Positions 38,257-48,462 are shown, counted from the stretch's first letter. The stretch: DNA of 64,000 bases from Candidatus Latescibacterota bacterium (GCA_965204375.1 OZ241986.1:5344001-5408000), one strand, 5' to 3'. The notes: generated by a model not told the origin, from the sequence alone. Numbers and translations are program-made.

Positions 38257-39606
38257 ATGAAATTGCAAGCAGGGGCTGCTACGTCCAATATTACACCCTG
38301 GCTGGGGGTTACGATGCCGGGAAGTTTTCATCCGCGATACGGAGAGGATGTACACGATGAGCTTTTGGCCAAGGCGCTGGTGATCGACAATGGAGATGTC
38401 AGGATTGCTATGGTGACCTGCGATTTGATTGCGGTACCAGAAGCGATTGCGAATGCAGTGAAGGCGCGCATTGAAGAACGGTGTGGAATATCTCCTGAAT
38501 GCGTGATGGTGAATGCGACCCATACGCATTCAGGGGCAGGGGTGAGCAATCTTCTGGGTATGGGCGAAGATGAGGGTTATACGACCTGGCTTCCGCTGAA
38601 AGTGGCCGATGCAGTGGAGTTGGCGATCAAGAGAATGCAGCCTGCCCGGGCGGGATTTGCCAGTGTGATGGAGGACCGTATTTCGTTTTATCGGCGCTGG
38701 CTGATGCAGGATGGGACGGTGCGGATGAATCCGGGTTTGAACAATCCGGATCTCGTGCGGCCGATGGGCGAGATCGATCCGGAGTTGGCGATGATGTATG
38801 TGGAAGGGGTGGATGGTACGCCGATTTCGGTGGTGGCGAGTTTTTCGCTGCACTATGTGGGAACGGGCAGTGTCGGGCAGGTGTCGGCGGATTATTTTGG
38901 ACAGTTTTTCAATTTGATGCGGCATTATCTGGGTGGGAACTGTGTGCCGATTTTGTGGAATGCGGCGTCTGGACAGATTAATAACAACGATTATAGTGGC
39001 GAGCGGATTTGGCGGGATCGAGGGCATCCCAGGGCGCGGCGGATGGCAAATGTTCTGGCAGGGCATGTTTTGACAGAGATCCAGTTGATGGATTTGGATG
39101 AGGAACTGGCATTGGAGGCTGTGACGGGGACGCTGGAGTTTTCGAGGAAGGTGATTACAGAGACGGATCTCGATATTGCGGAGCAGATTCTCGCAGGTGG
39201 ATACGATTACGAGGAGGGTCCATTCAGTTGGGTGGTGGGACAACCGGTGCGGAAGGATCGGGTAGGTGTATATGCCAGGCAGTGCCAGCGGTTGGCGGCG
39301 TTGCCCGAACAGATGACGGCACCCGTGCAGGCGATCCGATTGGGCGATGCGGCGATTCTGGCGCTGCCGGGGGAGATTTTTGTGGAGACTGGCCTTCGGA
39401 TCAAGGCGCAGACGTCGGCTTCGCCGTTGATGCTGGTGAGTCTGGCGAACGGGTCTATCGGGTATGTGTGTACAGATGAGGCATTGACGCAAGAGGGCGG
39501 GTACGAGACCTGGGCATCCCTGTCGTCTTTGGGAGGTGTGGGTACAGTGCCGGCAATGGAGTCTTTGAGTCTGTCGCTTTTGGAGACGCTGGGGTTTGAG
39601 GGGTGA
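38257..39606 (+). CDS. Neutral/alkaline ceramidase-like hydrolase
   Basis: VHDELLAKALV, NATHTHSG, VSADYFG, LPGEIFVE, LANG..GY, GGYE. Confidence 0.75.
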   Translation: MKLQAGAATSNITPWLGVTMPGSFHPRYGEDVHDELLAKALVIDNGDVRIAMVTCDLIAVPEAIANAVKARIEERCGISPECVMVNATHTHSGAGVSNLLGMGEDEGYTTWLPLKVADAVELAIKRMQPARAGFASVMEDRISFYRRWLMQDGTVRMNPGLNNPDLVRPMGEIDPELAMMYVEGVDGTPISVVASFSLHYVGTGSVGQVSADYFGQFFNLMRHYLGGNCVPILWNAASGQINNNDYSGERIWRDRGHPRARRMANVLAGHVLTEIQLMDLDEELALEAVTGTLEFSRKVITETDLDIAEQILAGGYDYEEGPFSWVVGQPVRKDRVGVYARQCQRLAALPEQMTAPVQAIRLGDAAILALPGEIFVETGLRIKAQTSASPLMLVSLANGSIGYVCTDEALTQEGGYETWASLSSLGGVGTVPAMESLSLSLLETLGFEG

Positions 39607-39687
39607 TTGTCGCAGAAAAGAGCGCAGTTATTTTGTAACCTATGGTGTGTTTACGATTAAGTAAGAAGGATAGATGTAACCGAGATG

Positions 39688-40176
39688 CTACCTTGATTTT
39701 GATGCCTTGCTGAGCGTTTCATTCAAAGGTTTTCCACATCTCATCAAGCTGATACGCACCTGTTGATCGCGGAAACGCACTCGGTTTGCATTAGTGAGAA
39801 AACGTCTGTGTTCAGCGCGACGAAGTTCGCCACCGTGTGCTACAACCGGCAAAAAGTCAACTTGCTCACCACGAGGAATGATATGAGCATCGGCAACATT
39901 CGCGCCTGCCTGGAGTTGTCCTTTGACCTCACTGGCCTGGGGTCTGCCCTTTTTTAATTCTATTGGCACCAACCAGATGCTGCTGGAGCCTCCAATGAAG
40001 ATGTAATCGCATCGCGTTTTGTTCTGATCAACCGGTGCTTGTGGACTATCCATATCTATCAAAATGAACGGTGCTGGTGCCTGATTCAAAGGTACTGAGC
40101 AATCTTCTTTGCTACACCTATTTGTAAGACATTTATCGGAGAGTTTTCTGCTTATCTGGCTAACGAGATCCCCCAT
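39688..40176 (-). CDS. Hypothetical protein, PD-(D/E)XK-like nuclease
   Basis: RCDYIFI...VPIELKKG...GQL; starts immediately after the ATPase stop. Confidence 0.55.
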   Translation of the reverse strand: MGDLVSQISRKLSDKCLTNRCSKEDCSVPLNQAPAPFILIDMDSPQAPVDQNKTRCDYIFIGGSSSIWLVPIELKKGRPQASEVKGQLQAGANVADAHIIPRGEQVDFLPVVAHGGELRRAEHRRFLTNANRVRFRDQQVRISLMRCGKPLNETLSKASKSR

Positions 40177-41763
40177 CTATTTACTATCCTCTATTCGACT
40201 GGATATTTCTGCATATTCGTTATAAGCATCTTCAGAAATGTCTCCGAAACCTGATGGGAAGGTGCCAAACTCTACGTCAAGCAAGATTTTATTTACCACT
40301 GAATCACGCGTTTCTGAACCCGGCTTGAATCGCCAAACGCCCACATCGTCGGGACTGAGCGCGAAGTTTGCGCTTGGGATATCTTTCCGCCGTGCTTTTG
40401 GAAGTTCCGATAACCGAACCAGATTAGCCAACTCGTCCAGTACCCATTCGCTGTGTGTGGTAATGAGGATGCGAATGCCGGATCGTACTGCTGCTGCGAG
40501 TTGGCGAATAAATTCGACCTGCATTTCCGGGTGCAGGTGAGACTCGGGTTCCTCAATAATCAATAGTTCGTCCGGACGAACGACATGACGCAGATACAGC
40601 ACTACTGGAGCCAACTCTGATACCATGGACGACGCATTCATCAAGGGGAGGTCCCTTTTCCAGTTAGTGGGACGATAGACGAACGAAGGGTAGTCAATTT
40701 CTGACCGCTCAACACGGACAGTCCCTCGCAATAGTGCTTGTTCTATATGTAGAGCGAGGTCACTGTCGCCTTCGGGTTCCCGGCGCGTTAAAGAGGCCAG
40801 ATCAACCAGTTTTTCCAGAAAGTCGCCGAGAACTCCAGAGAGTACTGGCATCTGAGAATCACGTCGTGGTGCGACACGAGATGCGCTTGCAATTAAACTC
40901 CGCACTACCACTTGATGGGCGTGCATGACACCCGTGCGGTCAGCAGGAAGGTAATGAGCACGACAGTTCAAGGGACCAACAATGATAGAAACAATGGCAT
41001 CAACCAGATCTCCAAGCAAGTCAATTAGGGCATATTTAGCATTTTCTTCCCCTCCCATATTCGCTACCTCAACCAGCCATTCCATGTTCCTTTTGGCCGT
41101 CTTTGTACTCCCTACCTCGCGCACTCCTAGGTTCTCCATCTCAATTAGCCAGTCCTGGAGAATGCCTAAGATATCCTTCCTATCCATTTGTAAGGGCATG
41201 GCATTCGGAATCGAAGCATCTATTTTAGCCCCTTGCTCTGTTACCGTAACTTCGTACTTGAAAGAGTCATTTTGTCCGGCTTTCCTTGTGGTATTGTGAC
41301 GTAGGCAAAATGTAGTTTCGCCATCACCTAAATGGCGAATCAAATTTTTGGTCTTACCTACCCCAAAACATCTCGCGATTTCATTGTCTAAATCTTTGCT
41401 CAAATGTGCGACTTTTTTTAGAGTTTTGCGTATTAACGCCGCAACAGATTCTGGTAATTCAATTAAGGATGGCTCCAAATATTCAATGGTTTCTAAGTCT
41501 GAAAGCGTTTCTTTCGCCCAGTCACAAAGAATTGAAAGATCATCCTTTGACAAATCAAGGCTTTGTCGTTGCATCATACGTAGCCGATATAAGTCGCTGA
41601 AAAATTGATGCATTGCGTAAATCAGAACGGCCATATAGGATTTGCCGGTGTTGCTGGGGCCTACGAAAACAGTTAGTGGGTGCAGGTCAATTTTTGCCCT
41701 GGCAATGGGGCCAAAGTCGGTAACTGATAACTCGATATTTTGGGAGTCAGGGGTTGTAGCCAT
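40177..41763 (-). CDS. ABC-type ATPase (AAA_15/AAA_21-like)
   Basis: FGPI, GPSNTGKS, LPADR, SSMVSE, LIIEEPESHLHP, TTHS; AGGAGG RBS. Confidence 0.85.
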   Translation of the reverse strand: MATTPDSQNIELSVTDFGPIARAKIDLHPLTVFVGPSNTGKSYMAVLIYAMHQFFSDLYRLRMMQRQSLDLSKDDLSILCDWAKETLSDLETIEYLEPSLIELPESVAALIRKTLKKVAHLSKDLDNEIARCFGVGKTKNLIRHLGDGETTFCLRHNTTRKAGQNDSFKYEVTVTEQGAKIDASIPNAMPLQMDRKDILGILQDWLIEMENLGVREVGSTKTAKRNMEWLVEVANMGGEENAKYALIDLLGDLVDAIVSIIVGPLNCRAHYLPADRTGVMHAHQVVVRSLIASASRVAPRRDSQMPVLSGVLGDFLEKLVDLASLTRREPEGDSDLALHIEQALLRGTVRVERSEIDYPSFVYRPTNWKRDLPLMNASSMVSELAPVVLYLRHVVRPDELLIIEEPESHLHPEMQVEFIRQLAAAVRSGIRILITTHSEWVLDELANLVRLSELPKARRKDIPSANFALSPDDVGVWRFKPGSETRDSVVNKILLDVEFGTFPSGFGDISEDAYNEYAEISSRIEDSK

Positions 41764-41980
41764 TGCTGAGTCCTCCTGCGTGTCGAATAGCACAGCCATA
41801 CCCAGTAGTCGGGTAATGCTTTCTGATGCTGTCCTTAATTATCACCTATCTCGCGGGCAATGACAAGACAATTCTCGACAATGGCGAGACTGATAAATAA
41901 GGGCGTTGCCATTACTCTGTTTTCTGATCGGACGATGTGAAGTGTGATAAGGCACCCGTTTTAGGGTGGTGCTGGGTGGC

Positions 41981-42014
41981 CTTCTCACTTCTTCCTTCTC
42001 ACTTCTCACTTCTT
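41981..42014. repeat. Heptamer tandem repeat
   Basis: CTTCTCA units; supplies the trmJ stop codon. Confidence 0.6.
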
Positions 42015-42763
42015 TTTTTTGGGATGGGGTCGAGGTCGTGCCGCGCGATGAAGCGATCGACCTGGCGGAAGACGCGGTGGATAGTCGCGACGTCGCGGTG
42101 TTCCATGTCGATGCGGCTGAATATTCGGCGGATGGATCGGATGAAGGTCTGGGGGCGATGTCGGGAGACAAAGCCGAGTTTGTCGAGTGCGGTTTGGATG
42201 TGGTCGTACATGGATTCGAGTTCACGGTGCGTAGCGAGGTCGAGTTCCGATGGTTTGTAGGGGATTTCGGAATGGGTTGCGCGAAAGAGTTCGTAGCCAT
42301 AGATGAGGGTGGCTTGCGACAGGTTGAGGGAGGGGTAGCGCACAGCTGAGGGGATGCGGGAGATCATCTGACACAGTTGGATTTCGTTGTTGGTCAGTCC
42401 GTTTTCTTCTCGGCCAAAGACGATGGCGCCTTTGTGGTTTTGGGGGAGGGACAACAGTTTGTCTGCTGCAGTTTGGGGTGGGTGTACGATGTCGAATTCG
42501 CGGCGTTTGCGATGGGATGTGCCCACGGCAAGCGATACGTCTGCGAGTGCTTCGGGCAGTGAGGATACGACGGTGGCACCGTAGAGGATGTCGCCCGATC
42601 CGTGCGCCATTGCGCGGGCTTCGCCGCTGGTGTGGTCGGGGGGATTGACGAGGTAGAGGTGCGATAAGCCCGTGTTTTTCATCGCGCGAGCCACTGCGCC
42701 GATGTTGCCGGGTTCTTTGGGTTCAACGAGTACGATTCGAATGTGGTCGAGGGGGTTGGACAT
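41999..42763 (-). CDS. trmJ: TrmJ/LasT family SPOUT RNA methyltransferase
   Basis: PGNIGAVARAMKN, VFGREENGL, SLNLSQA. Confidence 0.85.
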   Translation of the reverse strand: MSNPLDHIRIVLVEPKEPGNIGAVARAMKNTGLSHLYLVNPPDHTSGEARAMAHGSGDILYGATVVSSLPEALADVSLAVGTSHRKRREFDIVHPPQTAADKLLSLPQNHKGAIVFGREENGLTNNEIQLCQMISRIPSAVRYPSLNLSQATLIYGYELFRATHSEIPYKPSELDLATHRELESMYDHIQTALDKLGFVSRHRPQTFIRSIRRIFSRIDMEHRDVATIHRVFRQVDRFIARHDLDPIPKKRSEK

Positions 42764-42837
42764 AAAAATCTCCGTTTATGGTCATTACAGGTATATCTAT
42801 ATCAGAGGTTCTCCTTAGGGCCTATCTACTCAGCTAC

Positions 42838-42896
42838 ATCCTGTCCATCCTATAATCCTGAAAATCCTGATGAACTGGTCTGGAAAACGACCAGTT
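42838..42896. repeat. ATCCTG 9-mer repeat plus hairpin
   Basis: ATCCTGTCCATCCTATAATCCTGAAAATCCTGAT followed by AACTGGTC...GACCAGTT. Confidence 0.6.
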
Positions 42897-42906
42897 TTAC
42901 ACCGCT

Positions 42907-44085
42907 TCAGACAAGGTTTTTAAAAAAACGGTGTCGCACTTCGGTCATGGCGTCTAATAATTGGGCGATGTCGTCGTCGGTATGGGTTGCCATGACAGAG
43001 AGGCGCAGACGGCTTTGGCCCTCGGGTACGGTGGGGGGGCGTATGCCGTAGAGGTAGATGCCGCGGTTGTAGAGGTGTTCGGATATTGCTACGGTTTTCT
43101 GGGCGTCGCCAACGAGTACGGGTATGATATGGGTTTGGGATTGTGCGAGGTCGTATCCGAGGGTTTGAAGATGCTGGTTGATGGTTTTTGTGTTGTGCCA
43201 CAGGCGTTGGCGCAAGCTGGTATCGCGCTGGATGAGGTCGAGTGCCGCGGTGGTAGATGCACAGGCGTCGGGCGGCATGGCGGTGGTGTAGATGTACGCT
43301 GCCGAGCGGTTGCGAATGAGATCGATGAGGTCGCGGTTGCCACAGATAAAACCGCCGGATGCGCCGAGGGCTTTGCTGCCCGAGGTCATGTGGATGTCGA
43401 TGGTTTTGGGGGAGAGGCCGTAGTGTTCGAAGGTGCCACGACCATTGGGGCCGAGAATGCCGGTTGCGTGGGCGTCATCGACCATCAGGATGGCGTTGTG
43501 TTGTTCGGCGAGGGAGACGAGTTCGGGCAGTGGGGCGATGTCTCCGTCCATTGAGAAGACGCCATCGGTGACGATGAGGCGACGGCGATGGGCGGATGAG
43601 GTTTTGAGCTGGGTTTCGAGGTGGGCGATGTCACAGTGGTTGTAGATGGCGATTTGTGCGCGGGACAGGCGACAGCTATCGATGATGCTGCGGTGATTTA
43701 ATTGGTCGCTAAAAATGATGTCGTCGCGGTTGATGAGGGCGGGTATAACGCCGAGGTTGGCGGTGTAGCCCGTGGGAAATGCGATGGCGGCTTCTGTGCC
43801 GAGGAATTGTGCCATGCTGCTTTCGAGGTCGGCGTGCGGGGGCATGTATCCCGAGATGAGTGCCGATGCCACGGTGCTGCTTCCATAGGTGTTGAGCGCT
43901 TCGATGGCTGCACCTTTGAGGATGGGATGGTTGGCGAGGCCCAGATAGTTGTTTGAGCAGAAGAGGATGAGTTCCCGCCCTTTGATGCGGATGCGGGGTT
44001 CCTGGCTGGTTTCCACACGTCGCACAGAGCGGTAGAGGTTTTGCTCGCGCAATGTCTGGAGTTCTGTATTGAGGTCGGGTAACAT
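42907..44085 (-). CDS. bioF: 8-amino-7-oxononanoate synthase (AOS family)
   Basis: FCSNNYLGL, TGYTAN, DGVFSMDG, DDAH, SKALG, RPPTVP. Confidence 0.88.
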   Translation of the reverse strand: MLPDLNTELQTLREQNLYRSVRRVETSQEPRIRIKGRELILFCSNNYLGLANHPILKGAAIEALNTYGSSTVASALISGYMPPHADLESSMAQFLGTEAAIAFPTGYTANLGVIPALINRDDIIFSDQLNHRSIIDSCRLSRAQIAIYNHCDIAHLETQLKTSSAHRRRLIVTDGVFSMDGDIAPLPELVSLAEQHNAILMVDDAHATGILGPNGRGTFEHYGLSPKTIDIHMTSGSKALGASGGFICGNRDLIDLIRNRSAAYIYTTAMPPDACASTTAALDLIQRDTSLRQRLWHNTKTINQHLQTLGYDLAQSQTHIIPVLVGDAQKTVAISEHLYNRGIYLYGIRPPTVPEGQSRLRLSVMATHTDDDIAQLLDAMTEVRHRFFKNLV

Positions 44086-44219
44086 GAGGTGTGGTCCGCG
44101 TTTATTTTTTTGACGGCAATTGACAGGGATTTGACGCGCCTTTATATTCCGTAATCTTTGTGTTTTTTGCAATAGGGATTTTTAACCATAGATGGATACA
44201 GATGAACGCAGATAATAAT

Positions 44220-46508
44220 ATGGCGCAGGACAATACGTGGGGTTGGAGATTGGCGCTCGGGTATCCGATTTTGTCGGGTTTGCTGATGGCAGCGGCATTT
44301 CCTCCGTTGCCGCTCGGTTTTTTGGCCTGTATCAGTTTGTTGCCCCTGATTCCCGTTGCTGAAAATCTGCGTGGGCGCGTGGCTTTTGGCGCGGGTTTTT
44401 TGCAGGGTGTGGTTTTTTACGGTGCGAGTGTTTATTGGATTGCGTGGATTACCCCCCCGGGTATGGCGGGGGCAATTTTGTATATGTCGCTTTTTCGGGG
44501 GCTGTTTGTGTGGTTGTGGTCGTTTGCAATGGCGCGCGTTGGCAGGCTGGGTTTGTGGATGGTGCCTTTTTTGTGGGTGGGATTTGAATATTTTAATACG
44601 CTGGGCGATATGGGTTTTTCGTGGATGTTGCTCGGGCATACCCAGGTGGATTATTTGCCTTTGATTCAAATTGCAGAGGCGACCGGGGTTTACGGGGTGT
44701 CGTTCTGGGTGGTGGTGGTCAATTTGATCGCGTTTAAGGCTTTGGAAAGTGCGCGGCGCGGCTTGATGGTTGGTGTTCTGGTTCTGGCTTTTGCACTGCC
44801 AGCGGGATTTGGTTTGTGGCGCATGGCAGAGCCGGTTGCCGAGGGCGATTTGAAGGTCGCTATTGTGCAGCAAAATGTGCCACCTGTGGAGAAGTCGTAC
44901 TGGGGGTTTGATCACAATTTTGACAAGCTGAAGCCTTTGACGATTCAGGCTGCGGAGACGGGGGCGCGGTTGGTTGTGTGGTCAGAGGCGGCTTTGCCCG
45001 CGTATTTGAAGCGTGATGATGCATCGCATCAGGCGTATCAGGCGCGGGTGCAGGCGCTGGTCGATTCGCTGGGGATTTATCTGTATATGGGGGCGAATCG
45101 CTTCGAGGCCGCGGTGCGGGATCGTCTTTACAATTCTTCTTTTTTGTTTGAGCCGGGTGGGGGCGATTTGCCGCATTACGACAAGGTGAAGGTGGTGCCG
45201 TTTGGGGAGCGGGCGCCTTTTCCCAGGTTGCTCGGGTTTTTGCGCGATTTTCAGTGGAGCGGTGGGGGGTATATCAGTGGCGATTTTGAGAGCGGGACTG
45301 CGCTTACGGTTTTTGAGGTGCCGGGTGGAAAGTTTTCAGGGATGATTTGTTTTGATTCGGTGTTTCCCTGGCTTGCGCGCGATATGATGGTTCGGGGTGC
45401 CGAGTTTTTGGTGGTGATTACCAATGATGGATGGTATGGGCGCACGTCAGCGCCGTATCAGCACGCGGATATTGCGACGTTCAGAGCTGTTGAAAACAGG
45501 CGTTGGGTGGTGCGTTGTGCCAATACGGGTGTGTCGATGTTTATCGATCCACAGGGGCGGCAAGAACAAAAGACGGGTCTGTTTCACGAGGCTGTTGTGG
45601 CGGGGACTATTGCGCCGAGCAATGAGCAGACGCTTTATATGCGGTTTGGCGATTTGTTTTCTCAGTTGTGCGGCGTGGTCGCGTTGATGGGGTTGGCGGT
45701 GTCTGCTATTCGCAGGCCGCAAGAGGAGGAGGAGGTTGCACCGCCCGAGGGTACGGTGCCGGCGATTGCGCCAGACCGCGATGAAGATCTGCCCGATGAA
45801 GGCAAGCCGATGCCTTTTCTCGATCATTTGGAGGAGTTGCGGTGGCGCATTTTGAAGGGGTTGGCCGCGATTATTGTGGGCGCGGTTTTTTGCGGGATTT
45901 TTGTCAATGAGATTTTGGCTGTGCTGCTCCATCCTACCCGCGAGCTGGAAGATGAACTGATATTGCAGACCTTAAGACCGATGGGCATGTTTATGGTCAA
46001 GTTGCAGATCGCGCTGGTGGGCGGGGGGATTCTGGCGCTGCCGTTTTTGATTTTTCAGATCTGGATGTTTGTCGCGCCCGGTTTGTTTGCCAGCGAGCGG
46101 CGGTTTGTCACGTTTGTCATTGGTTCGGCCACTGTGTGTTTTGTTGTTGGTGCTATTTTGGCGTACTGGCTGGTTATCCCACTGGCGATGAAGTTTTTTG
46201 TTGGTATGGCTGCTGATACGGTTGTGAAGCCGCAGTTTGATATTGGAGAGTATATCGGTTTTGTGTTGCGCCTTTTGATTGCTTTTGGGTTGGTATTTGA
46301 GTTGCCTGTGTTGACGTTTTTTCTGGCTAAGATGGGGATTGCAACACGCGATCGGATGCGAAAGGGACGGCGTTATGCGCTTGTGTTCGGGATTATACTC
46401 GCCGCTATTTTGACCCCTCCCGATCCCCTGTCTCAAATTTTGATGGCGATGCCGCTCGTGGTTTTGTACGAGATTAGTATTTGGGTGGCGCGAATTGTGA
46501 ATGAGTAG
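44220..46508 (+). CDS. lnt-tatC: Apolipoprotein N-acyltransferase-TatC fusion protein
   Basis: Lnt triad WSEAA, YDKVKVVPFGE, ICFDS; acidic linker; TatC from 45810 (MPFLDHLEELR...ILTPPDPLSQ...LYEISI); one uninterrupted frame. Confidence 0.9.
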   Translation: MAQDNTWGWRLALGYPILSGLLMAAAFPPLPLGFLACISLLPLIPVAENLRGRVAFGAGFLQGVVFYGASVYWIAWITPPGMAGAILYMSLFRGLFVWLWSFAMARVGRLGLWMVPFLWVGFEYFNTLGDMGFSWMLLGHTQVDYLPLIQIAEATGVYGVSFWVVVVNLIAFKALESARRGLMVGVLVLAFALPAGFGLWRMAEPVAEGDLKVAIVQQNVPPVEKSYWGFDHNFDKLKPLTIQAAETGARLVVWSEAALPAYLKRDDASHQAYQARVQALVDSLGIYLYMGANRFEAAVRDRLYNSSFLFEPGGGDLPHYDKVKVVPFGERAPFPRLLGFLRDFQWSGGGYISGDFESGTALTVFEVPGGKFSGMICFDSVFPWLARDMMVRGAEFLVVITNDGWYGRTSAPYQHADIATFRAVENRRWVVRCANTGVSMFIDPQGRQEQKTGLFHEAVVAGTIAPSNEQTLYMRFGDLFSQLCGVVALMGLAVSAIRRPQEEEEVAPPEGTVPAIAPDRDEDLPDEGKPMPFLDHLEELRWRILKGLAAIIVGAVFCGIFVNEILAVLLHPTRELEDELILQTLRPMGMFMVKLQIALVGGGILALPFLIFQIWMFVAPGLFASERRFVTFVIGSATVCFVVGAILAYWLVIPLAMKFFVGMAADTVVKPQFDIGEYIGFVLRLLIAFGLVFELPVLTFFLAKMGIATRDRMRKGRRYALVFGIILAAILTPPDPLSQILMAMPLVVLYEISIWVARIVNE

Positions 46509-46638
46509 GTGAAGGGTGATCCGCAGATGACGCAGATGAACGCAGATGAAAAAGAGAGGCTGTGATGTGTGATGTAGTTTGCCGTTTCAAACGGCAAAAA
46601 TGTGAAGTGTGAAGGATGAAGTGCGAGAGGAGTAGATA
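46509..46638 (+). repeat. Composite spacer: GCAGATGA tandem repeat, hairpin, heptamer repeat
   Basis: ATCCGCAGATGACGCAGATGAACGCAGATG; TTTGCCGTTTCAAACGGCAAA; TGTGAAG units. Confidence 0.7.
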
Positions 46639-47412
46639 GTGAAGATTTGTTTGTTGGCAAGTGGTAGCGGTGGCAATTCGATTTGTGTTCAAAATGGTTC
46701 TTCACGTGTGCTTATTGATGCGGGTTTGACGGGTAAGAAGATCGAAGAGCGTTTGCAAGGTGTTGGGATTAATCCAGCGGGTTTGCAGGCTGTTGTGGTG
46801 AGTCACGAGCATGCCGATCACATTAAGGGGGTAGGTGTGTTGGCGCGGCGGTATGGACTGCCGGTTTGGATGACCGAGGGTACGTTGAATGCGTCGAAGA
46901 AGATTTTTCGTGGGCGTGAGAGGATTCGGGTGTTTGAAAATGATGAGGCGTTTTCAATTGGTGATTTGTCTTTTCAGGCGTTCCAATTGCCTCACGATGC
47001 CGCTGATCCCGTGAATTTTTCTGTGACAGACGGACATTCCAATGTGACGGTTGCTACAGATATGGGTACGGTGACGCAGCTGGTTTATCAGTATATGCGC
47101 CGCGCCGATCTGTTGATTATTGAGTCGAATTACGATCGGCAGTTGCTGATGGATGGGCCTTATCCCTGGGTTTTGAAGCAGAGGATTAATAGTACGCACG
47201 GTCATTTGTCAAATGATGGGGCGGCCGAGGCGTTGTGCGATCTGGCGCGAGAGGGTTTGAAACAGGCGGTTCTGGCGCATTTGAGTGAGAAAAATAACCG
47301 GCCGGATCTGGCGAGAGAGACATGCGCAGATATGTTGCAGGGTCAGGGGATTCGGTCTTTTCCCCTGAGTGTGGCGGAGCAGGATCGTCCAAGTGATATA
47401 TTTGTGATTTGA
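46639..47412 (+). CDS. MBL-fold metallo-hydrolase (YycJ/WalJ-like)
   Basis: LASGSGGN, SHEHADH, PHDA, ESNYD, GHLSN, HLSEKNN. Confidence 0.9.
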   Translation: MKICLLASGSGGNSICVQNGSSRVLIDAGLTGKKIEERLQGVGINPAGLQAVVVSHEHADHIKGVGVLARRYGLPVWMTEGTLNASKKIFRGRERIRVFENDEAFSIGDLSFQAFQLPHDAADPVNFSVTDGHSNVTVATDMGTVTQLVYQYMRRADLLIIESNYDRQLLMDGPYPWVLKQRINSTHGHLSNDGAAEALCDLAREGLKQAVLAHLSEKNNRPDLARETCADMLQGQGIRSFPLSVAEQDRPSDIFVI

Positions 47413-47427
47413 TTTGGAGAGGTAGCG

Positions 47428-48462
47428 ATGGAAAAATGGATTGAAGAGCTTGTGATGGGATTGGCCAGTCCGTTCCTTCTCGTGATTATTGCGGTGACGC
47501 TGTACACGCTCGGCAAAGGCGCGGATTGGCTCGTCGATGAGGCTGTGACGCTTTCGGTACGCTGGGGGCTGGGTAAAGCGGTTATCGGTGCGACGATTGT
47601 GAGTATTGGTACGACGACGCCGGAAGCAGCGGTGTCCGTGTTTTCGGCGATTCAAGGAAAACCAGGGCTTGCTCTTGGGAATGCCGTCGGTTCGATTATT
47701 TGCGATACGGGCCTTATTATTGGTCTGGCTTCTCTGATTGCTCCCTTACCTCTCAACCGCCAGTTGGCGTCGCGGTTGTCCAATGTGCAGGTAGGGGCTG
47801 GTATTCTTCTGGTGTTGGCCTGTTTTCCATGGGCTTCTCCCGCGAAGTTGTTTAGCCAGGGTGGGGTTTTGCCACAGTTTGCTGGCTTTGCTTTTGTTGT
47901 TCTTTTGGTGCTCTATATCTGGCAGTCGATCCGATGGGCTGCAACTATGTCGGATGCTGAGCAGGAAGATGCAATTGATGCGGAGGATAGTCGCGCGAGT
48001 GTGGTGCTTGTGAAGTTGCTCCTGGCGATTGCGGTTATTGTTATTTCGGCTCAAATTCTCATTCCCAGTGTGAGTGTTTTGGCGGAGAGGATTGGCGTGC
48101 CAAAGCATATTATTTCTGCGACGCTTGTCGCGTTTGGCACGTCGCTTCCGGAACTCGTGACGGCGATTACCGCTGTCAGGCGCGGACACGGCGAACTGGC
48201 GGTTGGCAATATTATTGGTGCAGATATTCTCAACGTGCTTTTTGTTGCCGGGGTTTCGGCCGCGGCAACACCAGGTGGCTTGCAAGCCGATGGTCAGTTT
48301 TTCCAGTTTTTGTTCCCGGCTATGGTGTTTATTCTCGTTGTTTTTCGTTGCGGTATTTTTGTGTCGGGCAATGCGATGAAGCGTCCTTTTGGGGTGGTTC
48401 TGGTGGCGACGTGGCTTTTGGTGACTCTGCTCAGTTATGTGCTGTCCATCGATATGCATTAG
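47428..48462 (+). CDS. Calcium/sodium antiporter (YrbG-like)
   Basis: GTTTPE...GNAVGS and GTSLPE...GNIIGA alpha repeats. Confidence 0.9.
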   Translation: MEKWIEELVMGLASPFLLVIIAVTLYTLGKGADWLVDEAVTLSVRWGLGKAVIGATIVSIGTTTPEAAVSVFSAIQGKPGLALGNAVGSIICDTGLIIGLASLIAPLPLNRQLASRLSNVQVGAGILLVLACFPWASPAKLFSQGGVLPQFAGFAFVVLLVLYIWQSIRWAATMSDAEQEDAIDAEDSRASVVLVKLLLAIAVIVISAQILIPSVSVLAERIGVPKHIISATLVAFGTSLPELVTAITAVRRGHGELAVGNIIGADILNVLFVAGVSAAATPGGLQADGQFFQFLFPAMVFILVVFRCGIFVSGNAMKRPFGVVLVATWLLVTLLSYVLSIDMH

